From NCBI GenBank assembly GCA_965228855.1, contig CBDDIJ010000003.1, forward strand, positions 2,176,001 through 2,240,000: DNA of 64,000 nt. The letters are read 5' to 3'. This DNA is from Candidatus Obscuribacterales bacterium. Lineage in GTDB: Bacteria; Cyanobacteriota; Vampirovibrionia; Obscuribacterales; Obscuribacteraceae. Positions within the stretch are counted from its first letter, which is position 1. Each line of letters opens with the position of its first letter. The translations under genes and the position numbers were made by a program. Below the pieces are notes generated by a model, which saw only the letters and a program-made list of their open reading frames with translations, searched no databases and was not told the DNA's origin. Of this stretch, positions 39,801-54,800 are shown piece by piece.

Positions 39801-42800
39801 GCACACGCACAGGAGCTGCCACGATCGGCGTCGATACTCTCACGCTGAACAAGGCTCCAGTCACCATCCTTACAGGTGCCGACACCTCGTACGGCTTCTT
39901 GACCGGGGTGAGTAATCTACGCATCGACTCGCTAGGCACAATAAACGTCAACTCGATAAATTCCGATCAAATTTTCCTGACCGCTCTCGGTAGGGTTCGC
40001 GTAAATGGCATACTCAGCTCGCCGGGCGGCATATTAATAGTCTCCGGAAGCGACATATACTCAGGCGGTGCTCCGCAGTTCAACACCAGTTCGGCAACTG
40101 GAGACGGCGGAAATATTAGCTTGATAGCGGGCGCGGACTACGTGCTCGGCGCTAACGACATCTCCATTCGTGGCGGCACTGTCGGAGGAGGCTACGTAGG
40201 ACTCGACCAATTCAGCAGTGTCCAAGTCCTCAGAACAAATGGCGGTGGTCTGTCCGGCACCGCCGGCGACATCAACCTCGTCGCGTTCTCAGGGAATAGC
40301 AGTGTCTCGGCGGGTGTAGTCAGGACTGGTACCTCTGCATTCATCGAGGCCCTAGGAAGTGGCACCGGCGCCAACGGTGACGTCACTCTCGTTTCCGGAG
40401 CCAACGGTCCTACGGATGACGGTCTACCAACAATTTACATTCGCGGTGTAAACATCAATAGCGGTGCATCCGGCACCGGTAGCGTGATACTGAGCAACTC
40501 CACTCCGAACGCTACCATAGCCAACCAAGTCACGCTTTCTACAGTATCCGGCTCGACATTTGGTGGTATCACATCAACAAACAACTTCCTCGGTGGAGCA
40601 AGAACAAGCTTTGTCAACTCAGCAGTAAATATCTCAGATACGATTAGCACCAACAATGCCCCTGTCACATTACTTGGCGGACGTAACGTCACATTCGGAA
40701 CTATCAACGGAGCAAACCTCCTGAGAATCGACTCCCTTGGTACAGTAACAACCAATACCATCAACGCTAATCAGACTTTCATAACTGCACAGGGTAACAT
40801 TCAGCTAAATAGCGTGACAACTTCCCCTGGTGGCATCATGATGGTAGCCGGAGGAGATATCTCCTCTGGTGGTGCACCTCAATTGAACGCGACTGCGAAC
40901 GGAGATGCAGGAAACATTAGCCTACTTGCCGGCGCAGCATTTACAGAAGTTGCTGGTGGACTTCGCATTGACGGGGCATCGGCTACGGGTGGAAACTTGA
41001 ATCTCCACTTTTTCTCCGGAATTCAGGTGTTAACCGCCAATAGTACGGGAGGCGATGGTTCAGCAGGCGACATCAATCTGATTGCATTCTCTAACGGCGG
41101 CAACAATGGTTTCGTATTCACGACCGGTGGCGGGTTCTCAATTAACGCTGAGGGCAACGGCACCGGCGCCAACGGCACCGTCACCATCGTGGCAGGCGCG
41201 GACCAGAACCAGAACGCCATCGCTATGGCAAATAGTTTCACTCGCAACGGCACCGGCGGTGGTGGCGGTATAACTCTCCGAGCTGCAGCACCTCTCTTCA
41301 CTGCTCAAACAGCAACGCTATCTGGAACCAGCAACTTTGGTGGAGTTTCAGCAGGTAACTTCACCTCGGGAACTCTCTCTGCGACTGCTGATATCGCCGC
41401 TGGCGATCTGGTGACCCGTGATGGAGACATTAGTGTTTCATCACGCAACGTGAACCTGGGAAGCATCATTGCTGACGGTGGCATCGCGCCATCGACTTCC
41501 AACGGCGGAACTATCACCATAAACACGAACTCCGCGACCACGCTGAGATCCAATGGTGGCGGAGTAAACAGAATCACTTACTTGAGCGCTAGCGGCGGAG
41601 CCGTAAGTGGCGATGCCGGCACCATCTCATTGAGCAACCTCGGCGCGGGCGGAATTGATGTAACGGCAGGAAACATATTCCTGAACACGACCGACGGAAA
41701 CGGCGGAACTCTCAGCCTCAACGCACCTACATCGACCTTGACGTTGCCAGCTACCAATCTGACCATCTTCACGAATGGCACGGATCGGAACGGCGGCAGC
41801 ATCATCATCAATGCCAACGCTCTCGACAACGGAGGGAATCCATTCACCTTCACCGCCCTCGGCACCGGCACCGGTCTCGGTGGCACTGTCGACGTGACCT
41901 TGAACTCAGGCAGCATCTCAACGGGCACAGGTCCTGGTCAGTTCAATCCAGTCGTAGGCTCAGACGGAGTAATCAGACTCAAAGCGACAAACGGCGGGGT
42001 GACAGTTGCACCTTTCACATCCATCGCAGGTCGAGAAGTTAGTCTGACTGCTGGTGGCGGTGACATAACACTTACAAATGCGAACATCGTGGGTACGTCC
42101 GGAGGTCAAATCAACCTTACGAACTCGTTTGCTGCCGGGACCATCAATCAATTCGGAGCGTCGCTAATTTCGGGCGGAAACCTTTCCGTTCAAACTGTCA
42201 GTTCAGACGTGATACTCAATACAAGCGTTGAAGGTCTGAGATTTAACAGCGGCAATGGCGGCTTAATAGTCAACAACGCGTCAAGTTCCCTCACCGTCAA
42301 CTCAAGCTACACCGGTGGCACCCTCAGCATTGCCACGCCCGGAGATATGTACTTCGCGGAGAATGTCACCGCAAATGGTGGCATCACTCTCACCTCCAAC
42401 GCACCCGGGGGTCTCTTCTCGGGTCCTGGCGTTTTGAAAACATCACCCAGTTTCGTTTTAACCGTCAATCTCGGAAGCACTGGTAGTCAGGCATACCTCA
42501 ATACTGAGGTTTCCAATTTCACCGGTAACGCCACCAATGGTGGTCTAATATCTCTTACCCAGACCGGCAACATTTCTATCGGTACTGGCTCAACTTTATC
42601 CATTGATGATCTACGTGTTATCGCTGATGGAAACATCCATCTCGTCAACAATGTAGTTGCAGATCCTGTTTCACTCATCTCGACAACAGACATTCTTCTC
42701 AGTGCAGACATCACCGCAAATGATGGCATCCTCTTAGTTTCAGGTGGAAACATCAGAACGGATATCGTCGGGCTCGATATAAACGGTTCGGGAACGCATG

Positions 42801-45800
42801 GCGGTGCTATAACCATGGTCGCGGGTGCAGACTATACCGCTGACAGTCTCGCCGGCACGGTTGTAATTAACGGTCCCTCCTCCACCGGCGGCAGCATCGA
42901 CTTCGTAACCGGCGGGTCAATCACGACTCTTTCATCGGCAGCGACTTCGACAGCCACTGGTGACAACGCTGGAGACATTAATCTGATCGCCTACGCTGGC
43001 GGCACTACCAATAGTGGCACAGTGCGGATCACGACAGCGACCACAATCGACGCATCTGCAGCTGATATATCGAACAACGCTGGTGCAGTTAACATCATCG
43101 CCAGTGGAGTCAACGGCACTTCTACAATCAGCATCGGAGACATCGACAGCACAGGCGGCAGCAATAATCCGGTCAGCTCGATTAACGTATTGGGCGCCGT
43201 GGCTAATTCCAATGTTCTGCTCTCTCTGTTTAACGCGATACCTGCGAGCAGCTTCGTTCCTGTCAGTTCACCAGCAGGTGCTGACATCACCACCGGTGTA
43301 ATCGGTACAAGCGGTGCGAGCATAAAAGTGGACGGACAAGCCAATGTGACTACGGGGGCAGTTTCCGCTTCACCACTTGGATCAGACCAGACCGGAGGCA
43401 GTATCTCCATTGCCGGTGCACAAACAACTACCGGAGCGGTCACGACGAACGGCACTGGAACTGGCGGTGGCGGAAACATCGCCATCACCGGTCTGTCGGG
43501 GCTGACCACAGGAACGCTCACCGCCAATGGTGGCATTTCCGGTATCGGCGGCTCTGTTAGCCTCTACTCGAATTCCGCGACAGTTCTGAGCCACGCAGCA
43601 ATCAGCGCACAAGCAGGTGCCAACGGTTTGGCCGGAGGTTCGGTAACTGTTAGAAACGACGGGGCTGGCGGCATCAACTACAACGGAGTTGATGTGTCGG
43701 GAGGCATCGGCAGCGGCGGCAGCATCGACTTCGAGACAGCGGGGACTTTGAATTTCGTCTCCGCCAGCATGCTTGCAAATGGCGCAACCACCAGCGGTGA
43801 CATCAGTCTTCGTGCAGCCAACATAACCGGCTCCAATGGTTTAAATATCCAAGCTAACGGAGCTACACCTGGTGCTGGTCCTGGTATTGACATTGAAACG
43901 ACCGGAGTTGGTCCAGCGGGCAACATCACAATCCAGGGAGATGTGACCATTGCCAGCACCAGAAACGTACAGATCTTCAACACCGGCGGTCTAACGATCG
44001 ATACAAGCACAAGCGTCGGTGCTCTGGGCACGGTCAACATCACGGCTAATAGCCTCTTCGCAGGCGGCGTCAACATCTTTACCGCAGGTACATCTGGGAA
44101 CCAACAAGGACGAGCCGTCGGCATCACGACATCCGGTAACAGTACTCAAATCGGAGATATCGTCACAGCTGGCTTCGGCACCAGTTCAGGTGGAAGCGTC
44201 ACTATCACGAACAACAGCAGCACCGGAAGCATCAGCGCAGGCGCGATCAACACAAATGGTGGCGTTGTAGGTAATGCAGGGGCCGTGCTCGTGACCGCTG
44301 CGTCAAACGGTTTAATTTCCATAAACTCCGTGAGCGCGACTGGAGGATCCTTCGCAGGAGACGGTGGGTCAGTCACCATCAGAAACGATGGAACTGCACT
44401 CGCTGCAGGTTCCGTAAGAGTGGCGGGTGGCGTCGATGTTTCCGCGCCGGACAATGCCGGATCCGTCATCCTGGATGCTGAAAGCACTAATGACGGTTTG
44501 GTTCAGATTGGCGGAACTATAAATGCCACCTCAGAGTTTGCGATTAACGGCTCTGTCTCCATTGCAGGCAGCCAGATACAAGCGCTCAGTTCGCTATTCA
44601 TCAATGCCGGATATGGTGGCTCAACAGACACTGGTTCAGTCAACCTCGTCGCAACTGCCGGCGGTCTTGTCTCCAGTGGCACCGCTATCAATATCTACTC
44701 TGGTGATTTCATCGGAATGAACTTAAATCCTGCTGCAGCAATTCAATCAGGCGGTGGAGATATCACACTCCATGCGGGTGGAGACCTGAACGGTAATGGA
44801 GCGAATATCAACGCCTCGGCGCTCACCGCTAATACCAATGGCGGTACTATCACGATAGATGCAGGAGAATTCGCGACTGGCGTGGGCGTCTCGCTGGGAG
44901 ACATCGTTTCTAACGGAAACGGCACCGGCACTGGCGGAACAATCGATATAACTCTTCGAGGTTCAGCGGTGAACTACAGTCTGGGAACCGGCGGAAGCAT
45001 TCGCTCGATCGCCTCACGTGGTGGAACAGGCTCGACCGGCGGCGATGTCTCTATCTCACAGACTTCTATCAACCCTCTATCGTTGCTAAACGGATTAGAC
45101 ATCGATGTCACCACGGCATCTGGCGATGCAGGCAACATCAATATCAGCACTCAGGGTGAATTGATGGTGACCAGTGGAGCAGTCACCCTCGCTGCTGAGG
45201 GTCAAACAGGCAGAAACAACGGAAATATCTCCATTCAAGCAACTAACGTTGCGATTGCCTCCGGCGCGACATCACTCACGCTGGATACGTTTAAGACAGG
45301 CTCGAACGCGGGCACCGGCAACATTGCGATCAATAACCTCGGTGGTGGTGGCATATACACGGCAGGCGGAGACTTCATTGTCGATGCAGGTAACAATTTC
45401 ACATCCAACGCGACATACGTTAACACCAACATCGGTGCTTCTGCTGGTTCCGGAAACGTGAGCGTCACTGCGCGCGGTGACATCAACTTCAGTGCAGCAG
45501 CACCAATTTCGACTGTTGCCGTTAATGCTGACCAAAATGGTGGAAATGTCACCCTCACTTCAGGAGCAGCAGGCTTAATCCGTGTTGGCAATATAATCGC
45601 AAACGGCGATGGCACCGGTGACGGTGGCACTGTGGAAATCACGGCCGGCACAGGCGAATTGCTAGATATCACATCGATCACGGCGAATGGCGGCACGAAC
45701 GGAGACGGTGGCACCATTAACGTGACCGCAGAATCAGCTACTATGCTCGACTTCACGAGCCTCATCGCTCGAGGCGGAAGCGTGAGTGGCAACGGCGGCA

Positions 45801-48800
45801 GCATAAGCCTGATCAACACCGGTGCTGGCGGCATTCGTATCGATAATGGCGATATCGATGTCGGAGTCAATCCGGCTGGCAACGGAAATGGTGGTTTTAT
45901 AACAATTGATGCGACTGCTGGACCTTCAGATGGAACAGTGCTCATCGGTAGCAGCGCTAATATCACTGCTGATGCAGGTTTGACTGGTGCTGTCGGTGGA
46001 AGAATCGAGATCACAGGCGCATCTATCGCGTTCACAGGTCCACCGGCGAGTGCAATCATAAGCGCTGTCAACGGAGACAATGCAAACGGCATCACGTTAA
46101 CCACGACTTCCACTGGAATCTCCACTAGCGGAAGCAATCTCAGTATCGCTACAAGCGGAGCCGCAACGATCAATCTGGCAAACGGTCTCTTAGCGACTGG
46201 CGGTGGTAACCTGAGCATCAACGCAGATGTGATAAATGCAGCTGGACAAACTTTCCAAACGAATTCACTCGCAGCCAATGCGAACGGCGGTAACATAACG
46301 CTAAACGCAGTTGGTGATGTGACGACCAGCCAACTCAACACAGTTGGTTCCGGAACCGGCAACGGCGGAGACGTCAACGTCACAGGAGCGCTGGTCACAC
46401 TAGGAGACATCAGTGCGGACGGCGGGCTAGATGGTGACGGCGGAGACGTCACAATCAATTCCACAAGATTCGCTCTGAGCAACATCCTCGCTAGAGGCGG
46501 CAGTAATGGTGGCTCAGGCGGTTCCGTTCTAGTCAACGCTAATACAAACTTCTCTAATTCCATATTGAACGTGGAAACAACCGGTTCGACTTCAGGTGGC
46601 GACGGCGGCAACATCACAGTCGCAAATGCTGGAAGCGGGCAAATTCAATTTAACGGCACAACTGGTTTGGTATCGTCCGCTCCAGCAGGAAATGCAGGAG
46701 ATATCACACTCACCGGAGGTTTGCTTTCATTCGGAGCGAATTCACGCAATATCATCGCGGATGGTGGCATCACCAATGGCGATATCACGGTTAACTCCGT
46801 CAACGTCGCGTTCACAAGCACTACAGGCACCAACACTATCCGAGCTTCGGGGACCGGCACAGGCGGTTCGATCACGTTTAATTCACCTGGTGGCAACATG
46901 ACGACCGGCGGCTCTGCTATCAGCATGGACACCAAAGGAAGCGTCACCCTCGCAATGCTATTCGCCGATGTCATCACCAACGGCGGAGCCCTGGCGATTA
47001 ACGCAGGTCAAGACATCGACGCAGATGCTGATTTCAATACCAGTTCCGCCACCGGCAATGGTGGCGACGTGACCCTTTCAGTGAGTTCCGGTGCAGGAAA
47101 TTCGATCTTCTTCAACACCATTAACGCAAGCGGTACGTCGGGATTCAATGGAGGCACTGTCCAAATCACTGGCTCCCAGGGCGGCACTGCATTCAACGGC
47201 ATAACCTCTAATGGTGCAGGTTCTGGTAACGGCGGCGCAGTGACGATATCTGCAGATCAGGACACTCAACTGGATATCGATGCGATCTCCTCGACCGGTG
47301 GAACCTCTAATGGAGACATTTCCATCACCAACGCTGGAGATGGAAACATTCGCGCAATCAGCTCTCTAACCGGCAGACAAATCTCACTGTCGAATTCCGC
47401 AGGAACCGGCGGAATAGCACTTTTCGGTGCGACCATCAATGCATCGAATGGAATCTTGCTCGACTCCGGTGCCGGAATAACTCAAACCGTTTCGTCCATA
47501 TCCGGCGGAGCGCTTGACGTGAGATTTGTAACTGGACCTGTAACTCTCTCTACAGACGTCGCGTCGATTACGACGAGTGCATCAGGTCAGACACTCACAA
47601 TCAATGAAACTTCAGGCATCAGCATTCTTGGTCAAAACATTGCCAGTCTCACAGTCAACTCCGCAAACGGGAACATAACCGTTGACGCTCCAGCTACCGT
47701 CACGGCACTACTCAGACTTAACGCCACCAATGGCGGAATCACTACGAGTGCTGCGGTTCAGTCCCCCGTTATAGAACTCCTTGCCGGCGGCGGCGACATA
47801 CTTTTCAATGGCAACCTGGTTAGCAGCGGTGCCAGCGGAGGCATCACGCTATCGTCGACCGGAAGTATCTCTGGCACAGGTAGCGTTCAGACAGACGCAG
47901 CAAGCTCAATCGGTTTAGATGTCACGTTGAATGGCTCAGGGAATGCGACTTTTAGCAATGCAGCAGTGAGCAAGCTCACGACAGCCGGCACCAGCAACGG
48001 TACCGTCACCATCAACAATGGCAACAACGCACTTCAGATCGGTGCACTCGGTTCCGCGCTCTCATTAGCGGCGAGTTCCACGAACGTTGGCGGAATTACA
48101 CTGACCCAGAACGGCAGCACCACTGGAACCGTGACGTTCAACGCTCCGTACTTCAGCGTCAACGATACGACGCTCCAGGCAGCCAGCATCCTGATTCAGA
48201 ACTTGAACGGCGGATTGACTGTCGATGGTGGCGCGACCCTCGGAACGTTGACAGGCACCACTCCTGTCGCCGGCGCTCCCGGAACTCCGAGCGTACCTAC
48301 AGCGATTAACATCGTCACTCAAGTTGGCGCAGCGCTGAATCTAGTAGGCGACATCAATTTCAATGGCGACTTGACGATCGACAACACCTTCGGTACAACG
48401 ACTTCGACGAGCGGCTCGTTATTCACAGGCAACAATAACGTTCGCCTCACAGCCGCTTCCTGGGTTCAGAATATGGAAACCAACGGAGGTATCGTCGGCA
48501 ACGACTTCGTGTTCACGATTTCCGCTGGCGGCACCATCATCAATACCGATGGCGACGTCAATCTCTCGGCTAATACCACACTCGTAGGTCAAGACTTCGC
48601 GATCGTCGCGCGAAACAACATCAACATGAACGGTGTCACGATCAACCTGTCCAACACAACAGGTGACGCCGGCAATCTCAGCATCATTGCGGGGTACGAC
48701 TTCACCACTAGCAGTGGCGGTCAAATTCAAACGCAAGCTCCCTATACCTTCTCTGGTTCATCTGTAGCAGGCGGCAGCGTAAATGCTACGGGAGCCCAAC

Positions 48801-51800
48801 TGATCACAACAGCAACCGGTGGTAACGGCGGCAACGTTCTCGTCGTCGCAAATAACGGTTCCGTCAATCTTGGCGGCTCATCTCTCATTGACGCGTCTTC
48901 CACGACAGGTGTTGGCGGCTCCGTCACCATCATCGGACAGAATGGAATTACCGCAAACGACATTACGACGAACGGTAACGACGTAGTTCTCTCGGTTTCC
49001 GCACCGCAAATCCTCGGCGGACCACTCGTCGTGACCGATGGAACCCTATCTGGCGGCATCGTCGACGCGTCCGCTGCAGTGACAGACGGCAACTTGCAAC
49101 TCCACAACATCAACGGCGCTAGCAATGTCCAACTCCGTGGAGGAAACGGTGCTTCCAACACAATCACGCAGACAGCAGGCGGAGTGGTAAATGCATCCAA
49201 CCTTCGCGTGGTACTCGAAAACGGCAGCGCTACGCTGGCAGGAAACGCTGGTCTGTTAAACGCGATCGTCGGAGGCGCAGGCTCCGTGACTCTCGATAAC
49301 GGATCTACCGATATCAATCTCGTTGTTTCGAATTCGAATACAGCTCAAAACATCGATGTCAGAACCACAGGCTCGCTAGTTCTCTCCTCCGACATAACCG
49401 CAGGTAGCTTGACGCTATACGGTGGTGGAATCGGTCTCAACGTCAATCGGAACGTCACCGTGAACGGAGCGACAGTGATCCGGTCCACAGCAGGTCCGCT
49501 CACGGTTACAAACGCAATCTCCGGTGGCAGCGTTCTCCTGGAACAAGCAGCCGCGAACGGTTTAATCGATATCAACAACACGGTTACCTCCACGTCCGGC
49601 GCTGTGACTATTGAAAACGCGGGCAGCGGCAACGTTCACATCGACGGTGCGGTCAGCTCCGCTGCTGGAGTAAACCTCGTCATCGGCTCCGGTACCGCGG
49701 ATCAAACAGCGGCAGTATCCGGCACCGCACTCGGCGTCACCGTTGGAACCGGAACGGTCAACCTGAATACATTGAGCAACGACGTGGATTCGTTAAGCGT
49801 CACCGCATCCGGTGCAGCTAATGTTCAACTCAATAATGGAACCAACGACCTCTCGATCGATTCGATTGCCGCTCTATCGACCGGCGGACTAATCGTCAGA
49901 ACAACAGGCAATTTGGATCTCAACTCCGCAATAACCGTCAACACACTCACTCTGAGCGGCGGCGGAAGCGGACTGACGATCGACAACAACATCGTCACGA
50001 CTGGTCTTGCCTCAATCACGGCGACGGCAGGAGATCTCACCGTTGATTCCACCCACACAGTGTCTGGTGCTGGCGACAAACTGCTACAAGCCACAGGCTC
50101 AGCCGGTGACGTACTCATCAATGGCGGAGTCAGCGGCAACAACGTGACTTTACGAGCGACCACCTCGGGTGGTGATGTGACGATAGCCGCTGCTGTTACC
50201 GCGTCTGGTGGCACGATTGGCTTAGAAACGGACGGCGGCAATGTCTCGGAGACCGGAGCCGGAAGTTTGACAAGCAGTGTCCTCAACCTCAATTTTGGAC
50301 AGAGCGGCTCGTCAGCTACGCTCAACAACGCCAACAACGTAGGCACTCTGAATAGCCTCGGACTCGCTAACGGAACTACCGTTTCATTCAATAATGCGGG
50401 CAATCCGATTCAACTCGGAAACATAATCGGAACTGGACATAACTACCAGGTCAGCACAACAAGTGGTGCTATCACCACTTCGACAAACGCGTTCAATTTC
50501 GCGACCCTGGGTCTAACTACAGCAACCGGGTCCATCACCATTGATGCGGATATCACAGCAACGACCTCGGCCAATCTCGAGGCTACGGGCGGTTCCGGCA
50601 ACCTCACCATCACCAGTCAGGGTACGCTCACAAGCGCCGCTGGTGCGCTAAGTCTGACCAACCACGGCTCCGGCAACATCGCTATAAATGGAGCCTTAAG
50701 TGGCGAACAGGTAGCACTGCAAATTGCAGGAGGTCAAGTAAATCAATCTGGAACCGGAGTGCTGACGGCAGGAACACTCGACGTCATTATCACGGGAATC
50801 GGTTTCGCCAACCTGAGCACACTTCAGAACAACATTGGAGTTTTGAACACAGACGCCCAGGTCTTCGGCTCGACTCAAATCGATAACGGCAGCAATGACA
50901 TTGTGGTCAACAACGTTGTAGGTGGAACCCAAAATCTGTACGTTCACACTAGCGGTTCTATAGATTTGATGAACGACTTCACAGTGGGCTCGTTGAACCT
51001 GCAAGCGGGCAGCGCGCTAGACATCGATGTGGACATCGTTGCAAATAACGTGACCTCAATCACTACCGTCGGTGCTCCACTCAACATAACCAGTTCTGGA
51101 AGCCTCACAGGTTCAGGTTCCAAAACAATTCTCGCTGGTGGAACCTTCACCGCCGATGGTGCGCTCACTTCGACGAGCTTCGTCACCTTGCAAGCCAGCG
51201 GTGCTATCGACGTCAACGCGGCAATATCCGGCACCAACATCATCATTGATTCGTTCAATAGCGGTATCAGTCTAGATGGAGCAGTCACGGCGAGCTCTTC
51301 TTTGAGTATGTCTACGGTGGGCAACAATGTCATGAGCCAGACCGTTGCGCTCACGGCGCCGACTCTAAACATAACTCTCGCAAGTGGTTCCGCGAATCTC
51401 GCGTTCCCCGTCACCACTAATAATGTCGGCATTCTAAATACCAACGTTAGCGGTAATGGGTTCGTCGGTTTGAACAATGGTGCCAACGATATAACCCTCA
51501 ACAACATCGTCGGCAATAACCAGAGTTTGACCGTTTTGACGACCGGCAGCATGCTGTTCAACAGTGACTTCCAGGTTGACGCCCTCGGTCTGACTTCTAG
51601 CAATATGAACATCACGGTCGATATAGTCACCACAGGCAATGCCACAATCAACGGTGTGAGCGGCGACCTCGTCGTAGCGAATAGCGGAAGCTTAACCGGT
51701 TCGGGATTCAAGTATCTGAGTGCGCTGAGCGCTGGAACCCAAATAGATATCAACGGAGCCGTCACAGGAAGTGGGGTTACGCTGTTCCATCAGAATGGTG

Positions 51801-54800
51801 GCGACATCAGCCTTGATGCGGCTGTCACAGCCACGTCTGGGACGCTAACCCTCACAACGAGTTCCACCGGCAACATCTCGCAATCGGTTGCCTTGAGCGC
51901 TCCGACTCTGCAAATCAACCTGGGATCAGGCACTGCTACGCTGACTTCGGCAAACAACGCAGGGACTTTAAACACCTCTGTATCTGGTACCGGAAGTGTC
52001 GCGTTCAACAACGGAAGTAATGACCTGGCAATAAACACAATCACCGGTCAGAATCAGTCGCTGTCAGTCTCGACCACCGGCGAAATCACGACGTCGGGCG
52101 GACCATTCCAGGTCGTAGGGCTCGATCTTGACGCGACAGCGATCACACTCAACACTGCGGTCACAGCGACGGGTACCGCATCGCTCACAACAACGACCGG
52201 AGATCTGACAATTGCGGCGACCGGCTCTCTCATCGGAAGTGGAGACAAAACACTCCAGACCGCGAGTGGCACCATCGCCATCAATGGCAACCTGTCCGGG
52301 ACGAACGTCGACCTCATAGCGACTGGCGCCGGCAACATCTCTAACAATGCCACCATTAATGCCACCACGCTGGGTATCAGCATCACGTCCGGAACTGTTA
52401 CACAAACAGGTTCAATAACCGCGACAACCGTCAACACTTCAGTGACGAGCGGATCAATGACTCTCACCGGGAACTCAGTGGGCGCTTTGAACGCTACGTT
52501 CAATACGGTCGGCGCAGGCTCCCTTGTTTTCGGAAACACGACGGATCTAGCATTGAGCGTAACCGGAACTGCGGATTCGCTTTACATCGGCTCCGCCGGT
52601 GTTCTGGATCTTCAATCCGGCATCACGGCGAATTCGATTGGCTTGAGTAGCTCAGGTACCTTGACTATTGATCAGAACCTCGTTGCGCTGACCGGAATCT
52701 CCAACTTCACCTCCACCGCAGGAGATCTCGTAGTCACCGCATCCGGTTCCGTCAGCGGTGCCGGTTCGCTTCTCACCTTCTACGGTAATAATGTAGACAT
52801 CAACGGTTCAGTTTCGACCTCGAATGGTGACATCCAAATCGCCAATGCGGGAGGAGCTTCTCAGACAATCACGCTAGACGCAGCGGTGAGTGCCAGCGGC
52901 ATTCTGGAGATACTCGGTGGCTCTGGTACGACAACACAGACTGTTGCAATTTCAGCAAATCAGCTGACCGTCACATTGTTTGGTGGCACGGTCAATTTGA
53001 CCAATTCCGGAAACAACGTGACAAGTCTGACCACGAACGACCTCACGACAAGTTCAATCAACTTCAACAACGGAACTAACCCACTCACCATTGGCAGCAT
53101 CGCCGGTTCCAATCAAAGTCTGACTGTGTCGGCTGGCGCCATCACAACGTCTTCAGCGATTGTGGTGAACAATCTTTCCCTGACCTCGACCGGTTCTGGA
53201 AATGACATCACCCTGGCTGATTCGGTGACCGGCACGACGACCATCACGCTAAACTCAGCGGACGACATCGTACAGAGCTCCGGCACCATTGGTGGTGGAG
53301 CCTTCATGCTGACATTCGGCACTAACTCGCTCACACTTCAGACAGACGTGACATCGCTGACTAGTAGCGGCACTCCGGCAGTTTCCCAGTTGCAAGTGCT
53401 CGAAGCGAATAGTATTCAACTCCTGGCGCAATCGGTGAGCAACCTGTCAGTTACCGCAGGATTTGCGGGATCAGGCGACATCACAACCGGTGCCGACCTC
53501 ACAGCGACGACACTCTCGCTCAACGCCAACGGCGGCGACATCACGCTGACTAATAACCTTACTGCAGCAATAATCTCGTTGACGGCCTCAGGTTCGATTA
53601 CATCGGCAGGTGTTCTCGATGTAGACACTTTGACCCTCACCGGCGGCAATATTGGAACATCGCTGGCGCCAGTTCGCATCAGTTCAGCAACCTCGACACT
53701 GGTCACAATAGCCTCCACCGGTAATGTGTTCGTCTCGAAACTTGATTCCAATCTACTTGCAGTATCTCCAGGAGCTACGGCAACTAACTTGACTCTCGTG
53801 GCGGATGTTTTGGAAACAAGAGGCGCGACGCTTACCGGAGCATTCAACGCCACTGCCAATGATTACTCCGCCAACGGGACCCTCCAAGCCACCAGCATTA
53901 CCGTTGCTAGCGAAGCTGGAAGCGGTCTGGTCGTCAATGGACTCGCCAGCGCCGTGATGACCGCGACAAGCGGTTCAGTCAACTTCACTGCCACCGCCAG
54001 TGACCTCACGCTCAACGGCGCGATGACATTCAATGGCACCACGAATCTGACAGTGAGCCCATTCAACAATATCGTTGTAAGCACGGGTGCCAACTATGTA
54101 GGCAACGACACCGTCAATCTCAACACCTGCTCAATAGTTCTGCAAGGCAACATCAGCGGAGACCCGTTGAACTTCAACTGCCCGCTCGGCGCAGGCACCA
54201 TCGCTAACTCGACTGGTGACGTGGACCTCACAGGTTTGAATTTGAACTTCTCCGGTCAATCGTTGGCAATAATCGCTTCCGGCAACGTCATCGCTGGAAC
54301 AAATACGCTTATAAACCTCTCGTCCAGCACCGGAGATGCCGGTGACTTGCTCGTCGTGGCAGGTTTCGACTTCACACCGGCGACGGCTGGTCAAGTCGGT
54401 CCTGTAGCTACTTTGTTCACGATGGGGGCGCCGAACGCCACCGGCGGCAATATCAATCTGGTTGGTTTGACCGTCAACACCACATCGACGAACGGCGCAG
54501 GCGGTGACGTTCAACTAATCGCTAACGGCGGCTCCTCGTTCTCCGGTCAAATTGCTGCAGGAGATTTCAACACTACAGGCTCGACCGCGAATGGCTCATT
54601 CACAGTTATCGCTGAAAATGGATTTACCGCAGGAACAATAAGCAGCGGAACCGTTTCGATCACGAATGCAGAACCGGTAATCACCGGCGGAACCATTCTG
54701 ATTGGTAATGGCGAGCAACTCGGCTCCGGTTCATTCAGTGCCGGTGCCGCAACTTCGGGAGATATCATTGTAGGCTCCATCAACGCAAACGGTGCAGACG

